Translations under genes and position numbers: made by a program
Shown: in pieces, positions 17,070-27,443 of the stretch
How the letters are laid out: every line of letters begins with the position of its first letter
How positions within the stretch are numbered: the first letter of the stretch is position 1
Notes under the pieces: model-generated
The model's input: the letters and a program-made list of their open reading frames with translations, nothing else
Told to the model about the DNA's origin: nothing
The model's database searches: none
NCBI GenBank assembly: GCA_002418185.1
Contig: DIDN01000010.1
Span: forward strand, 1 to 58,045
Direction: 5' to 3'
Source: Deltaproteobacteria bacterium UBA5799
GTDB taxonomy: Bacteria; Desulfobacterota; GWC2-55-46
Length of the DNA stretch: 58,045 nucleotides

Positions 17070-18365
17070 CTATCTCGCCTTTCCTTTAAGCCTTTTTGCC
17101 GCGCTAAGGCCGTGGGCCTCAAGCCCTTCCATGTCGGCGAACCTCTTTACGCTCCCTCCAAGCTCCCCGAAGGAGGCGCGTGAAAAGCTTATTACGCTCA
17201 TCCTCTTTACGAAGTCGTACACCCCGAGGGGGGAGGAGAAGCGGGCCGTGCCGCCGGTCGGGAGCGTATGGTTCGGGCCGGCGATATAGTCTCCGGCGGC
17301 CTCCGGCGTATATTGGCCGAGGAACACGGCCCCGGCGTTTTTTATGAGGCCCAGGAGCTCGAAGGGCCGTTCAACGAATAGCTCCAGGTGCTCCGGGGCT
17401 ATTCCGTTCGATACCCGTGCGGCCTCTTCAAGGTCTTTCGCGGTTATTATGACCCCGTACCGCTCGATCGAGGCGCGTGCTATATCTTTTCTCTTGAGCC
17501 TCTTAAGCCGCTTTTTTACCTCGTCCGACACCGCCTTCGCCATCCGGGACGAGGTGGTTACGAGTATGGCCGAGGCGAGCTCGTCGTGTTCGGCCTGCGA
17601 CAGGAGGTCCATCGCGATCCAGGACGGGTCGCCGCTCCCGTCGTTAATGACGAGTATCTCGCTCGGCCCGGCTATCATGTCGATGTCGACCGCGCCGAAG
17701 ACGAGCCTCTTTGCCGTGGCCACGTAAATGTTGCCCGGGCCGGTTATCTTGTCGACCCTCGGGACGGTCTCCGTGCCGTAGGCGAGGGCGGCTATGGCCT
17801 GCGCCCCGCCGGCCCTGAAGACCCTGTCTACCCCGGCTATCCCGGCTGCCGCAAGGACGAGCGGGTTTATGCCTTTCTTTCCCGGGGGCGTGGCCATCAC
17901 GACCTCGCCCACCCCCGCGACCCGCGCCGGGATGGCGTTCATGAGTACGGTAGAAGGGTACGCTGCCTTGCCGCCGGGCACGTATATGCCGACGCGCTCA
18001 AGCGGAGTAACTCTCGAGCCGAGGAGCGTCCCGTCCCGTCCCGTGGTGAACCACGAGTTCTCCTTCTGAAGCTCGTGGAAGGCCCTTATCCGGGAGGCGG
18101 CAAGCTCAAGGAGCTCCCGCTCCTTCTTGGGCACGGACCTTAATGCCCTCTTCACCTCGGCCCGGGGTATCTCTATCCTGCGGCTTATATCGGCCCTGTC
18201 GAACCGTTTCGTGTATTCTGCGAGCGCCTTGTCGCCGCGCGTTTTTACTCCGGCGATGATCTCCTTTACGGCGGCCTCGACGGACGATGTGTCCTCTTCG
18301 CCGCGCTTCATTATCGAGGCGAGGAGGGCCTTGAACCCCTTGTCCCTGGAAGATACTGTCCTCAT
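17070..18365 (-). CDS. hisD: Histidinol dehydrogenase
   Basis: GIYVPGGKAAYPS, GPGNIYV, DMIAGPSE, SQAEHD, APEHLE. Confidence 0.97.
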   Translation of the reverse strand: MRTVSSRDKGFKALLASIMKRGEEDTSSVEAAVKEIIAGVKTRGDKALAEYTKRFDRADISRRIEIPRAEVKRALRSVPKKERELLELAASRIRAFHELQKENSWFTTGRDGTLLGSRVTPLERVGIYVPGGKAAYPSTVLMNAIPARVAGVGEVVMATPPGKKGINPLVLAAAGIAGVDRVFRAGGAQAIAALAYGTETVPRVDKITGPGNIYVATAKRLVFGAVDIDMIAGPSEILVINDGSGDPSWIAMDLLSQAEHDELASAILVTTSSRMAKAVSDEVKKRLKRLKRKDIARASIERYGVIITAKDLEEAARVSNGIAPEHLELFVERPFELLGLIKNAGAVFLGQYTPEAAGDYIAGPNHTLPTGGTARFSSPLGVYDFVKRMSVISFSRASFGELGGSVKRFADMEGLEAHGLSAAKRLKGKAR

Positions 18366-19039
18366 TGCTTTGCGGCAGCCTCTGCGTTACGTGCGACCGA
18401 CCTCCCGAGCGCGTCCACGAGCTCCTTTACGCGCCTGGGCTTGGTCTTGAGGCTCGCCCTGTTGCAGACGAGCTTCGACGAGATGTGCATTATGTGCTCG
18501 ACCTCGGTGAGGCCGTTCTTCCTCAAGGTCTCGCCCGTCTGGACGAGGTCCACTATCCTTTCCGAAAGCCCGAGGAGCGGCGCAAGCTCTATCGAGCCGT
18601 AGAGCTTTATTATGTCGACCTGTATGCCCTTGCCGAGAAAGTGCCCCAGGGTTATATTCGGGTACTTGGTCGCGACCCTTATGTGCGTCCACTGCCTCGG
18701 GTTGTCCCTGGCCGAGAGCTCGACTGGCTCGGCGACCATCATCCTGCATACGCCGATATTCAAGTCGAGCGGCTCGTAGAGGTCCTTTGCCTGCTCGAGG
18801 AGCACGTCCTTCCCGGCTATGCCCATGTCCGCGGCCCCGTACTCGACGTAAGTCGGCACGTCCTGGCTCCTTATGACCATGAACCTGAGGCCCTCGGCTA
18901 CGTCCTCGAAGATGAGCCTGCGGTCGTCCTGCAGCACTGGGGCGATGTCGACCCCCGCGGCCTTGAAGAGCGAGGCGGCCTCGTTGAGAATGCGCCCCTT
19001 GGGGAGCGCTATGGTAAGGACGTCTCTGCCCGGCATCAC
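18362..19039 (-). CDS. hisG: ATP phosphoribosyltransferase, short form (needs HisZ encoded elsewhere)
   Basis: [36 protein letters not shown]; about 225 aa with no regulatory domain. Confidence 0.95.
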   Translation of the reverse strand: MMPGRDVLTIALPKGRILNEAASLFKAAGVDIAPVLQDDRRLIFEDVAEGLRFMVIRSQDVPTYVEYGAADMGIAGKDVLLEQAKDLYEPLDLNIGVCRMMVAEPVELSARDNPRQWTHIRVATKYPNITLGHFLGKGIQVDIIKLYGSIELAPLLGLSERIVDLVQTGETLRKNGLTEVEHIMHISSKLVCNRASLKTKPRRVKELVDALGRSVARNAEAAAKQ

Positions 19040-20349
19040 GCCTCCGTCGTCGCTTTTGCGTATTCCGTGGCCTTGGGGCCTGAGGACCCCTTGCTTTTTA
19101 CCCGCTCTATGTCGGCCCCCAGCGCTTTGAGCTTCTCTTCTATCTTTTCGTATCCGCGGTCGAGGTGGTATATCCGAGATACCTCGGTAACTCCCTCTGC
19201 CACGAGCCCGGCGAGTATGAGGGATGCGCTCGCGCGGAGGTCCGTCGCCATGAGCGGCGCCCCGCTCAGTCTCCTTACGCCCTTTACGACCGCGCTCCTG
19301 CCGTCTATGGTTATGTCCGCGCCCATCCTCTTCAGTTCCCCCACGTGCATGAACCTGTTCTCGAATACCGTCTCGGTTATGACCGAGAGGCCGCTTGCAA
19401 CCGCCATCATGGCCATGACCTGGGCCTGCATGTCGGTCGGGAAGCCGGGGTAGGGGAGCGTCTTCACGTCCACGCTCCTTATGGGTATGTCGCCGATGAC
19501 CCTTACGCCCCCGTCCTCCTGGATTACCTCGGTGCCGGCCTCCTTGAGCTTCAGGTTAAGGGCGTTAAGGTGCTCATAGGGGCAGTCCTTTATGAGTACG
19601 TTCCCTTTGGTCATGGCCGCCGCGACCATGAAGGTCCCGGCCTCTATCCTGTCCGGTATGACCCGGGTCTCTATCGGGCTGAGCTTCTCGACCCCCTCTA
19701 TCCTTATCGTGTCGGTCCCGGCCCCGGTTATCCGGGCGCCCATTGCGTTAAGGGCGTCGGCAAGGCAGACGACCTCGGGCTCAAGCGCCGCGTTCTCGAG
19801 TATGGTCCTGCCCTCGGCGTGGACAGCCGCGAGCATGAGGTTCTCGGTGCCGGTCACGGTCACGGTGTCCAGGTAGACCCTGGCCCCCCGGAGCTTCTCG
19901 GCGGAGACGGTCACGTAGCCGTGCTCTATCTCGACCTCCGCGCCCATGGCCTTAAGGCCCTTCAAGTGCAGGTCGATGGGCCTTGCGCCTATGGCGCACC
20001 CGCCGGGCAGGGAAACCCTGGCCCTCTTGAACCGGGCCACGAGCGGCCCGAGGACGAGCACAGCCGCGCGCATGGTCTTTACGAGCTCGTACGGGGCTTC
20101 CGGGGCGGCCACGTCCCTTGTCCGTATCCTCAATGTCCGGTCCCGGTCGTCCTCGGATATCTCTGAGCCAAGGTGCGCAAGGAGCACCTTGAAGGTTTCT
20201 ATGTCCCGTAGTCTCGGGACGTTGGTAATCGTCATCCAGCCGTCTACGAGGAGCGATGCTGCCATGAGCGGCAAAACGGCGTTTTTCGCCCCCCCAACAG
20301 TGACTTCGCCTACGAGGCGCCTGCCGCCCCGGATGAGTATTTTGTCCAT
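19036..20349 (-). CDS. murA: UDP-N-acetylglucosamine 1-carboxyvinyltransferase
   Basis: [37 protein letters not shown]. Confidence 0.97.
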   Translation of the reverse strand: MDKILIRGGRRLVGEVTVGGAKNAVLPLMAASLLVDGWMTITNVPRLRDIETFKVLLAHLGSEISEDDRDRTLRIRTRDVAAPEAPYELVKTMRAAVLVLGPLVARFKRARVSLPGGCAIGARPIDLHLKGLKAMGAEVEIEHGYVTVSAEKLRGARVYLDTVTVTGTENLMLAAVHAEGRTILENAALEPEVVCLADALNAMGARITGAGTDTIRIEGVEKLSPIETRVIPDRIEAGTFMVAAAMTKGNVLIKDCPYEHLNALNLKLKEAGTEVIQEDGGVRVIGDIPIRSVDVKTLPYPGFPTDMQAQVMAMMAVASGLSVITETVFENRFMHVGELKRMGADITIDGRSAVVKGVRRLSGAPLMATDLRASASLILAGLVAEGVTEVSRIYHLDRGYEKIEEKLKALGADIERVKSKGSSGPKATEYAKATTEA

Positions 20350-20367
20350 TTACTGAAACGCCTTTTT

Positions 20368-20498
20368 GGGAAGGCTGATCAATTCCCGTTTCTGTCATTC
20401 TGAGGGAGCGTAAGCGGCCGAAGAATATAGAAGTTTAGAATGCGAGATTCTTCGCTCTGCTCAGAATGGCAGAGGGTGCTGATTAATCAGACATTCCT
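20368..20498. mobile_element. MITE-like element: terminal IRs enclosing a TGTCATTCTGAG REP doublet (copy A)
   Basis: GGGAAGGCTGATCAATT...GATTAATCAGACATTCC ends; internal TGTCATTCTGAG..GAAGAAT / ATTCTTCG..CTCAGAATGGCA. Confidence 0.65.
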
Positions 20499-20570
20499 TT
20501 GTCTTATGTCCTGCCGGATACTAATAACATGGAATGAGAGAATTTGAAAAACTTTTTGAAGGGTAGCCCG

Positions 20571-20591
20571 GTAGGGTGCGCTATGCGCACC
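20571..20591 (+). repeat. GTAG-tagged REP palindrome, copy 2
   Basis: GTAGGGTGCGCTATGCGCACC. Confidence 0.7.
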
Positions 20592-20600
20592 ATCGAATCT

Positions 20601-20769
20601 GCAAAAACCTTTTCCGCGCTTCCGCGCGGTTTCGAGGGTAAGGCTCGCTTGCTAGCCTCCTCCCCCACCCCGTGAACGGGCCCCTAAAGTCGCTCTGCTC
20701 CTACAGCCTCGGCCCGTTCACGCTCAGCCTCCCTTATGCAGCGCTCGTCTTACCCTCCGGGGTTTGTTG
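20601..20769 (+). repeat. ~170-nt structured intergenic element, copy 2
   Basis: CCGCGC-TTCC-GCGCGG hairpin, outer stem GAGGGTAAGGC/GTCTTACCCTC, 12-bp inner stem CGTGAACGGGCC/GGCCCGTTCACG. Confidence 0.6.
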
Positions 20770-20868
20770 AAAACAAGAAAAACTTTAAGGCAGGTCGTTT
20801 GGATTTTTAAAGCGTTTTCGGAAAGGCAGAGGGCCGCACAGGCCGGGTCGTCCGTACGTAAAGAGGCG

Positions 20869-21942
20869 TCAGGCCGCGCCCTGCTCCTTCAGAGCCTCGG
20901 TCTGGTAATATCCTATGAGGCTGTCCGTAAGCTCGTCGAGGTCGCCTTCCATGACCTCGGCGAGCCTGTGGAGCGTAAGGCCTATCCTGTGGTCCGTGAC
21001 CCTGTTCTGCGGGAAGTTGTAGGTCCTTATCTTCTCGCTCCTGTCGCCTGTGCCGACCTGGTTCTTTCTGTCCGCGGCGATCTTTTTCTGCTGCTCCTGC
21101 ACCTTCATGTCGAGTATCCGCGCCTTCAACACCTTGAAGGCCTTTTCCCGGTTCTTGTGCTGGCTCTTCTCCTCCTGGCAGGCGACGACCACGCCCGTGG
21201 GGATGTGCGTCATCCTGACGGCGGTCTCGACCTTGTTGACGTTCTGGCCTCCGTGGCCGCCCGACCTGAAGGTATCGACCCGTATGTCGTCCATGCGGAT
21301 GTCGACCTCGACGTCCTCGGCCTCGGGCATGACCGCCACGGTGACGGTCGAGGTGTGCCTCCTGCCCGACGCCTCTGTCTCCGGCACCCTCTGCACGCGG
21401 TGCACCCCGCTCTCGTACTTGAAGCGCGAGTACGCGCCCTTGCCCTCGATGGAGGCTATCACCTCCTTCAAGCCGTTCAAGCCGGTGGGGCTCGAGCTCA
21501 GGACCTCCACCTTCCAGCCCCGCTGCTCGGCGTATCTCGTGTACATCCTGAAAAGCTCTCCGGCGAAAAGGGACGACTCCTCGCCGCCCGCGCCGGCCCT
21601 TATCTCGAGTATTATGCCCTTCTCGTCATTCGGGTCCTTCGGGAGGAGCATTATCTTTATGGCCCTTGAGACCTCTTCTCTTTTTTCCTGCAACAGGGGG
21701 AGCTCTTCCCTGGCAAGCTCTTTAAGCTCAGCGTCCCTGCCTTCGAGTATCTGCCTGCTCCCGGCTATCTCCCGGTCGATTCTCTTAAGCTCCCTGTACG
21801 CCTCGACTATGTCGTTTATGGCGGCCTGCTCCGTTGCGTATTTCCGGTAGACCTCCGGGTTTCCGGCAACCTCAGGGAGGGCCAGCAGATTTGAAAGCTC
21901 GGCGTGGCGGGCCTCTATGTCCTCGAGTTTCTTCTCTATCAT
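20869..21942 (-). CDS. prfA: Peptide chain release factor 1
   Basis: [22 protein letters not shown] (PxT), GGQ motif, [12 protein letters not shown]. Confidence 0.97.
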   Translation of the reverse strand: MIEKKLEDIEARHAELSNLLALPEVAGNPEVYRKYATEQAAINDIVEAYRELKRIDREIAGSRQILEGRDAELKELAREELPLLQEKREEVSRAIKIMLLPKDPNDEKGIILEIRAGAGGEESSLFAGELFRMYTRYAEQRGWKVEVLSSSPTGLNGLKEVIASIEGKGAYSRFKYESGVHRVQRVPETEASGRRHTSTVTVAVMPEAEDVEVDIRMDDIRVDTFRSGGHGGQNVNKVETAVRMTHIPTGVVVACQEEKSQHKNREKAFKVLKARILDMKVQEQQKKIAADRKNQVGTGDRSEKIRTYNFPQNRVTDHRIGLTLHRLAEVMEGDLDELTDSLIGYYQTEALKEQGAA

Positions 21943-21960
21943 CGGTTAGTTAAATATCCA

Positions 21961-22161
21961 GGGAAGGTCTGGTTAATTCGCAAAAGTTGTCATTCTGAGC
22001 GAAGCGAAGAATCTGGTGCTTATAAAATCTTTTGAGAACGAGATTCTTGTCTCGCCCCGTCCCGGGGCTCGACCCTTCGGGCCGCCTCGCAAGAGGCTCT
22101 GCATTCAAATTTTGCCGTCCTGCAAAAATCGTCGGTCGCTAAAGCTCCCTCGGAATGACAG
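21961..22161. mobile_element. MITE-like element copy B with nested ~70-nt insert
   Basis: GGGAAGGTCTGGTTAATT left end, TGTCATTCTGAGCGAAGCGAAGAATCT; right arm AGATTCTT...CTCCCTCGGAATGACA is split by an extra hairpin-rich insert. Confidence 0.65.
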
Positions 22162-22192
22162 AAATGGAACCGATGCTTTATCAAAAGCAAGA

Positions 22193-22879
22193 TTACAGGT
22201 TCCTGAACCTTTCCCTGGTCTCCTTGGGCCTTCCGCAGGTCATCTCGCCCTCGGAGCATTTGCCCCTTACGCAGGAAGGGCCCGAGTCCCTGAATATGAA
22301 CGGGGCTACGGCCCTGGCCTGCTTGAGCATCATGGTCGCCATCTCGCGGATCTCCCACTGGGCCCTGTCGCAGCAGCGGAGCGTGAAGAAGTGCAGGAGC
22401 TCCCTGGCGTTCATGGTGACGATTATCTTGGTGCAGGCCGCGTTCGGGAGGAGATACCGGGCGTCCTCGGGAGGCACGCCCCGGGCAACGAGCCTGCTGT
22501 AGGCGTCGTAGGCGCTCCGCGCCTCTTTTTCAAAGCGCTTCTTGAGGCCGGGGTCTGCCGCTATGGTCGGGGGGACCACGAACTCCGGGTCAGTGGCCGT
22601 TACGTACCGCTGGCTCTGCTGGGAGTATGATGCGAGCCTGTGGCGCACCAGCTGGTGCGAGGCGGCCCTCGATATGCCTTCTATGCCGAAGGTAAAGGAA
22701 GCGTGCTCGAGTACGGAGAGGTGCCCCATCTTGAGTATCTTCCCGAGGAACTTCTCCTGGGAACTGCCGGCTACCTTCCCTTCAAGCTCGCCTATGGTGG
22801 AAGCGGAATAGCAGAGCCTGGCCGCCATTGCGACGGTCCTCTCCGGCTCCGGTGTGTGCCTGAGGAGGGTGACCTTCAC
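22193..22879 (-). CDS. thyX: FAD-dependent thymidylate synthase
   Basis: GHLSVLEH, SHQLVRHRLASYSQQSQRY, EDARYLLP; GTG start after GGAGG. Confidence 0.95.
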   Translation of the reverse strand: MKVTLLRHTPEPERTVAMAARLCYSASTIGELEGKVAGSSQEKFLGKILKMGHLSVLEHASFTFGIEGISRAASHQLVRHRLASYSQQSQRYVTATDPEFVVPPTIAADPGLKKRFEKEARSAYDAYSRLVARGVPPEDARYLLPNAACTKIIVTMNARELLHFFTLRCCDRAQWEIREMATMMLKQARAVAPFIFRDSGPSCVRGKCSEGEMTCGRPKETRERFRNL

Positions 22880-22892
22880 CGGGCCTCCGGGC

Positions 22893-23102
22893 TCAGGCTT
22901 TCGCGTGCTTCTGGTACTTCTTCCTGAACTTTTCGATCTTGCCGGCGGTGTCCAGGAACCTCTGCTCACCTGTGTAGAACGGATGGCAGTTGGAGCATAT
23001 CTCGACCGATATGTCCTTCTTCGTCGAGCCGGTCGCGACCACGTTCCCGCACGCGCAGTGTATCTTCGTCTCGTTGTACGCGGGGTGTATTCCCTCTTTC
23101 AT
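22893..23102 (-). CDS. rpmE: 50S ribosomal protein L31 (C+ form)
   Basis: [23 protein letters not shown]; SD AGGAGG. Confidence 0.97.
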   Translation of the reverse strand: MKEGIHPAYNETKIHCACGNVVATGSTKKDISVEICSNCHPFYTGEQRFLDTAGKIEKFRKKYQKHAKA

Positions 23103-23191
23103 TCTTTTCCTCCTGAAAATGCCTCGCACATTTTCCGTTCTGAAACCGGATCTGCGAGCGCAAGTTGTTTGGCTCTGGTCGATTCCATTAT

Positions 23192-23277
23192 TGCCATTGC
23201 GAGGAGCTAAGCTCCGAAGAACCTCATGATGCTTGATTAACCCATGATGAGATTGCTTCGCTACGCTCGTAATGACA
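23192..23277. repeat. TGTCATT-type REP doublet variant (copy C)
   Basis: TGCCATTGCGAGGAGC... / GAGATTGCTTCGCTACGCTCGTAATGACA inverted arms. Confidence 0.6.
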
Positions 23278-23397
23278 GGCGCAAATGATACAGTGCTTCC
23301 GTATCCTGCCCGCGCCTGTGGAAGACAGGGGCTTTCCGGCCCCTCCCGCTCGGGCGTAATAGCACATATTAGCAACTATATGCCCGGGTTTCAACAC

Positions 23398-23434
23398 AAA
23401 AAGGAATGCCCGCCTGAGCCGGGGCGGGCATTCC
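23398..23434 (-). terminator. Intrinsic terminator after rho
   Basis: GGAATGCCCGCC..GGCGGGCATTCC followed by TTTTT on minus strand. Confidence 0.75.
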
Positions 23435-23482
23435 CTGGGATTGCGTCCTGCAAGGGGGCGCTCGGCCTCCGGGCCGCGCGGC

Positions 23483-24748
23483 CTACCTGCTCATGGAATC
23501 AAGGAATGCCTTGTTGCTGGGCGTGCTCTGAATTTTATCGAGCAGGAACTCCATCGACTCGATGGGGTTCAAGGGCTGGAGCACCTTCCGGAGTATCCAT
23601 ATCCTGTTGAGCGCCTCTTTCGTAAGGAGGAGGTCCTCCTTCCTCGTGCCGGACTTGTTGAGGTCTATGGCCGGGAAGATCCTCCTCTCGGCGAGCTTCC
23701 TGTCGAGGACTATTTCCATGTTGCCGGTGCCCTTGAACTCCTCGAAGATGACCTCGTCCATGCGGCTTCCGGTGTCTATGAGGGCCGTCGCCATGATGGT
23801 CAGGCTTCCGCCCTCCTCGATGTTCCTGGCTGCGCCGAAGAACCTCTTGGGCTTGTGGAGCGCGTTCGAGTCGACGCCGCCCGAGAGGACCTTTCCGCTC
23901 GGCGGGACGACGGCGTTATATGCCCTCGCGAGCCTTGTTATCGAGTCGAGCAGTATAACGACGTCCTTCTGGTGCTCGACGAGCCTCTTTGCCTTCTCTA
24001 TTATCATCTCGGCCACCTGGACGTGCCTCTGCGCGGGCTCGTCGAAGGTCGAGCTTATTACCTCGCCGTTTACCGAGCGCTGCATGTCGGTCACCTCTTC
24101 GGGCCGCTCGTCAATGAGGAGCACGAGGAGGACGACCTCCGGGTGGTTGGTTGTGATGGAGTTGGCTATCTGCTGGAGGAGCATGGTCTTTCCGGCCCTG
24201 GGCGGGGAGACTATGAGGCCCCTCTGTCCCTTGCCGATGGGAGTGAAGAGGTCCATTATCCTCATCGAGATGTCGCCTGAAGCCCCCTTGGTCTCCTTCT
24301 TGAGCTCCAGGTGGAGCTTCTCCTGCGGATAGAGCGGCGTGAGGTTGTCGAAGAGGATCTTGTCCCTTGCGACCTCCGGGTCCTCGTAGTTGACCTTCTC
24401 GACCTTGAGGAGCGCGAAGTACCTCTCGCCCTCCTTGGGCGGCCTTATCTGCCCCGAGACTATGTCGCCGGTCCGGAGGTTGAACCTCCTTATCTGCGAG
24501 GGCGATACGTATATGTCGTCCGGCCCGGGCAGGTAGTTGTAGTCCGGAGCGCGCAGAAACCCGAAGCCGTCCGGGAGCGTCTCCAGCACGCCCTCTCCGT
24601 ATATCATCCCGTTCTGCTCGCTCTGGGACTGCAAGAGCGCGAAGATGAGGTCCTGCTTTCTCATGCTGGACGCGGACTCTATGTTATATTTCTTGGCGAG
24701 CGAAGTGAGCTCGTTAATCTTCTTCTCCTTTAATTCCTTGAGGTTCAT
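23483..24748 (-). CDS. rho: Transcription termination factor Rho
   Basis: [38 protein letters not shown]. Confidence 0.98.
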   Translation of the reverse strand: MNLKELKEKKINELTSLAKKYNIESASSMRKQDLIFALLQSQSEQNGMIYGEGVLETLPDGFGFLRAPDYNYLPGPDDIYVSPSQIRRFNLRTGDIVSGQIRPPKEGERYFALLKVEKVNYEDPEVARDKILFDNLTPLYPQEKLHLELKKETKGASGDISMRIMDLFTPIGKGQRGLIVSPPRAGKTMLLQQIANSITTNHPEVVLLVLLIDERPEEVTDMQRSVNGEVISSTFDEPAQRHVQVAEMIIEKAKRLVEHQKDVVILLDSITRLARAYNAVVPPSGKVLSGGVDSNALHKPKRFFGAARNIEEGGSLTIMATALIDTGSRMDEVIFEEFKGTGNMEIVLDRKLAERRIFPAIDLNKSGTRKEDLLLTKEALNRIWILRKVLQPLNPIESMEFLLDKIQSTPSNKAFLDSMSR

Positions 24749-24923
24749 ATATACTCCTGTGGTGGGTGTATGGATTTGAAATAGGGGTAAGCGGTCTTAC
24801 TCCAGGCCTTTTACGATTTTGAAGCGGGTCATGTAATGGGTTTGTTTTCCTCTGGGCTTAAATCTTTTGGATTGTAGCTTTGAGGGCAGCAGCAAAGTCG
24901 AACTATATTTGAAAGGTATTTCC

Positions 24924-24952
24924 ACTTTAGCACGGTTGAAATGAGGTGTCAA
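24924..24952 (-). promoter_or_regulatory. Sigma70-type promoter of rho
   Basis: TTGACA-17 nt-TAAAGT on minus strand. Confidence 0.65.
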
Positions 24953-25560
24953 GTGCCTTTTTCGTGGTTTACGGGGGCCGGCGAGAGCTCCCTGAAGACC
25001 TCCCGCACCCTGGCGAGAGTCTCTTCGACCGCGCCGTTATTGTCGATGATGTAATCCGCGTATTTGAGCTTCTCCCTTGCCGGCATCTGGGAGGCGAGCC
25101 TCAGGAGCGCTTCCTCCCTCGATGCGCCGTTCCTCTTTTCGAGCCTCTCTATCTGCTTGTCCTCGTCCGCGTAGACCACGACGACCCTGTCCACCTCGTC
25201 CTTCAGGGGCCCCTCGATGAGGAGCGCTACGTCAACGACGACGAGCTCGCCGTCTCCGGCCCGGGCTATCTCCTCGCGTATCCTCTCCCGGATCCTCGGG
25301 TGCGTTATCTCGTTGAGCCTCGCGAGCGCCTCCTTGTCCGAGAAGACCCGTTCAGCGAGGGCCTTCCTGTCGATGGTGCCGTCGGGGTTAAGTAAGCCCT
25401 CGCCGAAAACGGCCTTTATCTCGTCGTAGGCCGGTTTCCCGGGCTCGACCACCTCGCGCGCTATCTCGTCCGCGTCTATGACCCTGGCCCCGAGCCTCTT
25501 CATCTCCGCGGAGACGAGGCTCTTGCCCGTTGCTATGCCGCCGGTGAGGCCGACTATCAT
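24949..25560 (-). CDS. coaE: Dephospho-CoA kinase
   Basis: MIVGLTGGIATGKS, IDAD, LNEITHP; ATGA overlap with pgeF. Confidence 0.95.
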   Translation of the reverse strand: MIVGLTGGIATGKSLVSAEMKRLGARVIDADEIAREVVEPGKPAYDEIKAVFGEGLLNPDGTIDRKALAERVFSDKEALARLNEITHPRIRERIREEIARAGDGELVVVDVALLIEGPLKDEVDRVVVVYADEDKQIERLEKRNGASREEALLRLASQMPAREKLKYADYIIDNNGAVEETLARVREVFRELSPAPVNHEKGT

Positions 25561-26339
25561 CGCCCGGCCGCCCCGCCCCGGGCCGCGAGCATGATGAAGC
25601 TCAGCTGCCTGCCCGTCCTGCCCATGTCGCGCCTGTACGAGAAGAAGTCTCCGGAGCACGACGTGCACGGGGCAGAGCCGCTTATGTTCCGCTGGTCCAC
25701 ACCCAGGCTCAGGAGCTGGTTTATGTTTTCGGCCCCGAGGTCGAGCCTCAGGCCGTCGTCGAGCGAGATGAAGGAGTCGAGCGACCTGCCCTCCTCCCTG
25801 AACTCCTCGTAGACGTTCTCGCCGACCGAATAGCAGCACGGGCCTATGCAGGGCCCGATGGCGGCCTTAAGGTCGCGGGGTCTGGTGCCGAAGGCCTTCG
25901 CCATCTCCCTTACCGCATTGAGCGCGACTCCCAGCGCCGTCCCCTTCCACCCGGCGTGCACCGCGCCGACCGCCCGGTTCACCGGGTCGAAAAAGAGGAG
26001 GGGCAGGCAGTCGGCAGTGAGTATGCCGATGGCGGCCCCTTCCTCAGACGTGATTATGGCGTCGGCCTCGGGCGGGGCGGGAGGGGCTTCGGCGCCCAGG
26101 CAGAAGACGGATTTCCCGTGCACCTGGATTGCCGTAAACAGGGAGGCCGCGCCGAAGGCCGCGAGCACGCGCCTCCTGTTCTCGACGAGGTGCTCGCCCC
26201 TGTCGTCTTCCCTTTCGCCGAGGTTCAGGCTGTCGTAAGGCGGGGCGCTCACGCCCCCCTTCCTTGTAAGGAAGCCGTGGGCAACGCTTCCGTCGAAGAC
26301 GTGCGAGGAGAGGTATGTTATGCCGTTAAGTGTCCGCAC
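25557..26339 (-). CDS. pgeF: PgeF/YfiH family protein
   Basis: HGFLTRKGGVS, QVHG, ADAIIT, TADCLP, HAGWKG, FFSYRR. Confidence 0.9.
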   Translation of the reverse strand: MRTLNGITYLSSHVFDGSVAHGFLTRKGGVSAPPYDSLNLGEREDDRGEHLVENRRRVLAAFGAASLFTAIQVHGKSVFCLGAEAPPAPPEADAIITSEEGAAIGILTADCLPLLFFDPVNRAVGAVHAGWKGTALGVALNAVREMAKAFGTRPRDLKAAIGPCIGPCCYSVGENVYEEFREEGRSLDSFISLDDGLRLDLGAENINQLLSLGVDQRNISGSAPCTSCSGDFFSYRRDMGRTGRQLSFIMLAARGGAAGR

Positions 26340-27307
26340 TCGTGTCCTGATCCCTTTTCAAGCGCGTCAAGGAGCCTTTGCATGTCCGGCGGCACCGGCG
26401 CCCTGAACTCCATGCGCTCGCCGCTTGCGGGGTGTTCTATGCCGAGCGACCAGGCGTGGAGCATCTGCCTTCTTATGCCCCTGAGGACGTCCGCCGCAGC
26501 CTTGGGGAGCGAGGGCGGCACTGCCCGCCTCCCGTAGACCTGGTCGCCGACCACGGGGTGATGCACGGCGTTCAGGTGCACCCTTATCTGGTGCGTCCTC
26601 CCTGTCTCGAGCTTAAGCTCAAGGAGGGACATTAGGGGGAGCCGCTTGAGAACCCTGTACCTCGTCACCGCCCGCCTTTTTATCCTGGCCCTCGTTGATA
26701 TTTTTTTCCTCTGGACATGGTCCCTGCCGATCGCAAGCTCTATCGAGCCAGAGTCGTCTTTAAACGACCCCCAGACTAGCGCGAGGTACTTCCTCCCGGC
26801 GCTCCGTTCCTTGAACTGCCTTGCAAGCGAGAGGTAGCTCCGGTCGTTCCTGGCGACCACGAGCGAGCCCGTGGTGTCCTTGTCGAGCCTGTGCACTATG
26901 CCGGGCCTTAGAGGCCCGCCTGTGGGCGCAAGCCCCGAGGGGCCGCCGGCGTGATGGAGGAGCGCGTTAACGAGCGTCCCGCCCGTCCTTCCGGCACCCG
27001 GGTGGACCGCCATGCCGGCGGGCTTGATTACCACTATTATGTCGTTGTCCTCGTAAAGTATGTCGAGGGGAATGTCCTCGGGCAGGGGATATCCGACCGC
27101 AGTCTCCGGAAGCGAGACCTCGACGAGGTCGCCCTCCCGTACCCGGTAGCCGGCCTTTACCGGCCTGCCGTTCAGCAGCGCCATGCCTTCGTCCGCAAGG
27201 GCCTTCACGCGCGAGCGGGTCACATCCGGCATCCTGGCGGCCAGAAAAAGGTCGAACCTTTGCCTGGACTCATCGGGGGCAACCGTGAAGGTGCGGGTTT
27301 TTTCCAT
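26318..27307 (-). CDS. rluD: RluA-family 23S rRNA pseudouridine synthase with S4 domain
   Basis: KPAGMAVHP, RPGIVHRLDKDTTG, TGRTHQIRVH; adjacent to pgeF. Confidence 0.9.
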   Translation of the reverse strand: MEKTRTFTVAPDESRQRFDLFLAARMPDVTRSRVKALADEGMALLNGRPVKAGYRVREGDLVEVSLPETAVGYPLPEDIPLDILYEDNDIIVVIKPAGMAVHPGAGRTGGTLVNALLHHAGGPSGLAPTGGPLRPGIVHRLDKDTTGSLVVARNDRSYLSLARQFKERSAGRKYLALVWGSFKDDSGSIELAIGRDHVQRKKISTRARIKRRAVTRYRVLKRLPLMSLLELKLETGRTHQIRVHLNAVHHPVVGDQVYGRRAVPPSLPKAAADVLRGIRRQMLHAWSLGIEHPASGERMEFRAPVPPDMQRLLDALEKGSGHECGHLTA

Positions 27308-27443
27308 TGAGGCAACCTCTGAAAATTTTGAGAGCTTGCCTTGATATAATAGGGTCGCCGGGAAAGGGTGCTGCCGGGCGGCTGCCCGGTTCCATGCGCG
27401 CTAAAGATGCAGTACGGGTGTTCTGGTGCCGGGCCTCTCGCGG

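Noticed and set aside
22893-25839. Long N-terminal extensions on rpmE and coaE (likewise thyX, rpsF, GntR, cobU, tal-pgi) in the ORF track
   Set aside because: Downstream starts have an SD or stop-start coupling and match family N-termini
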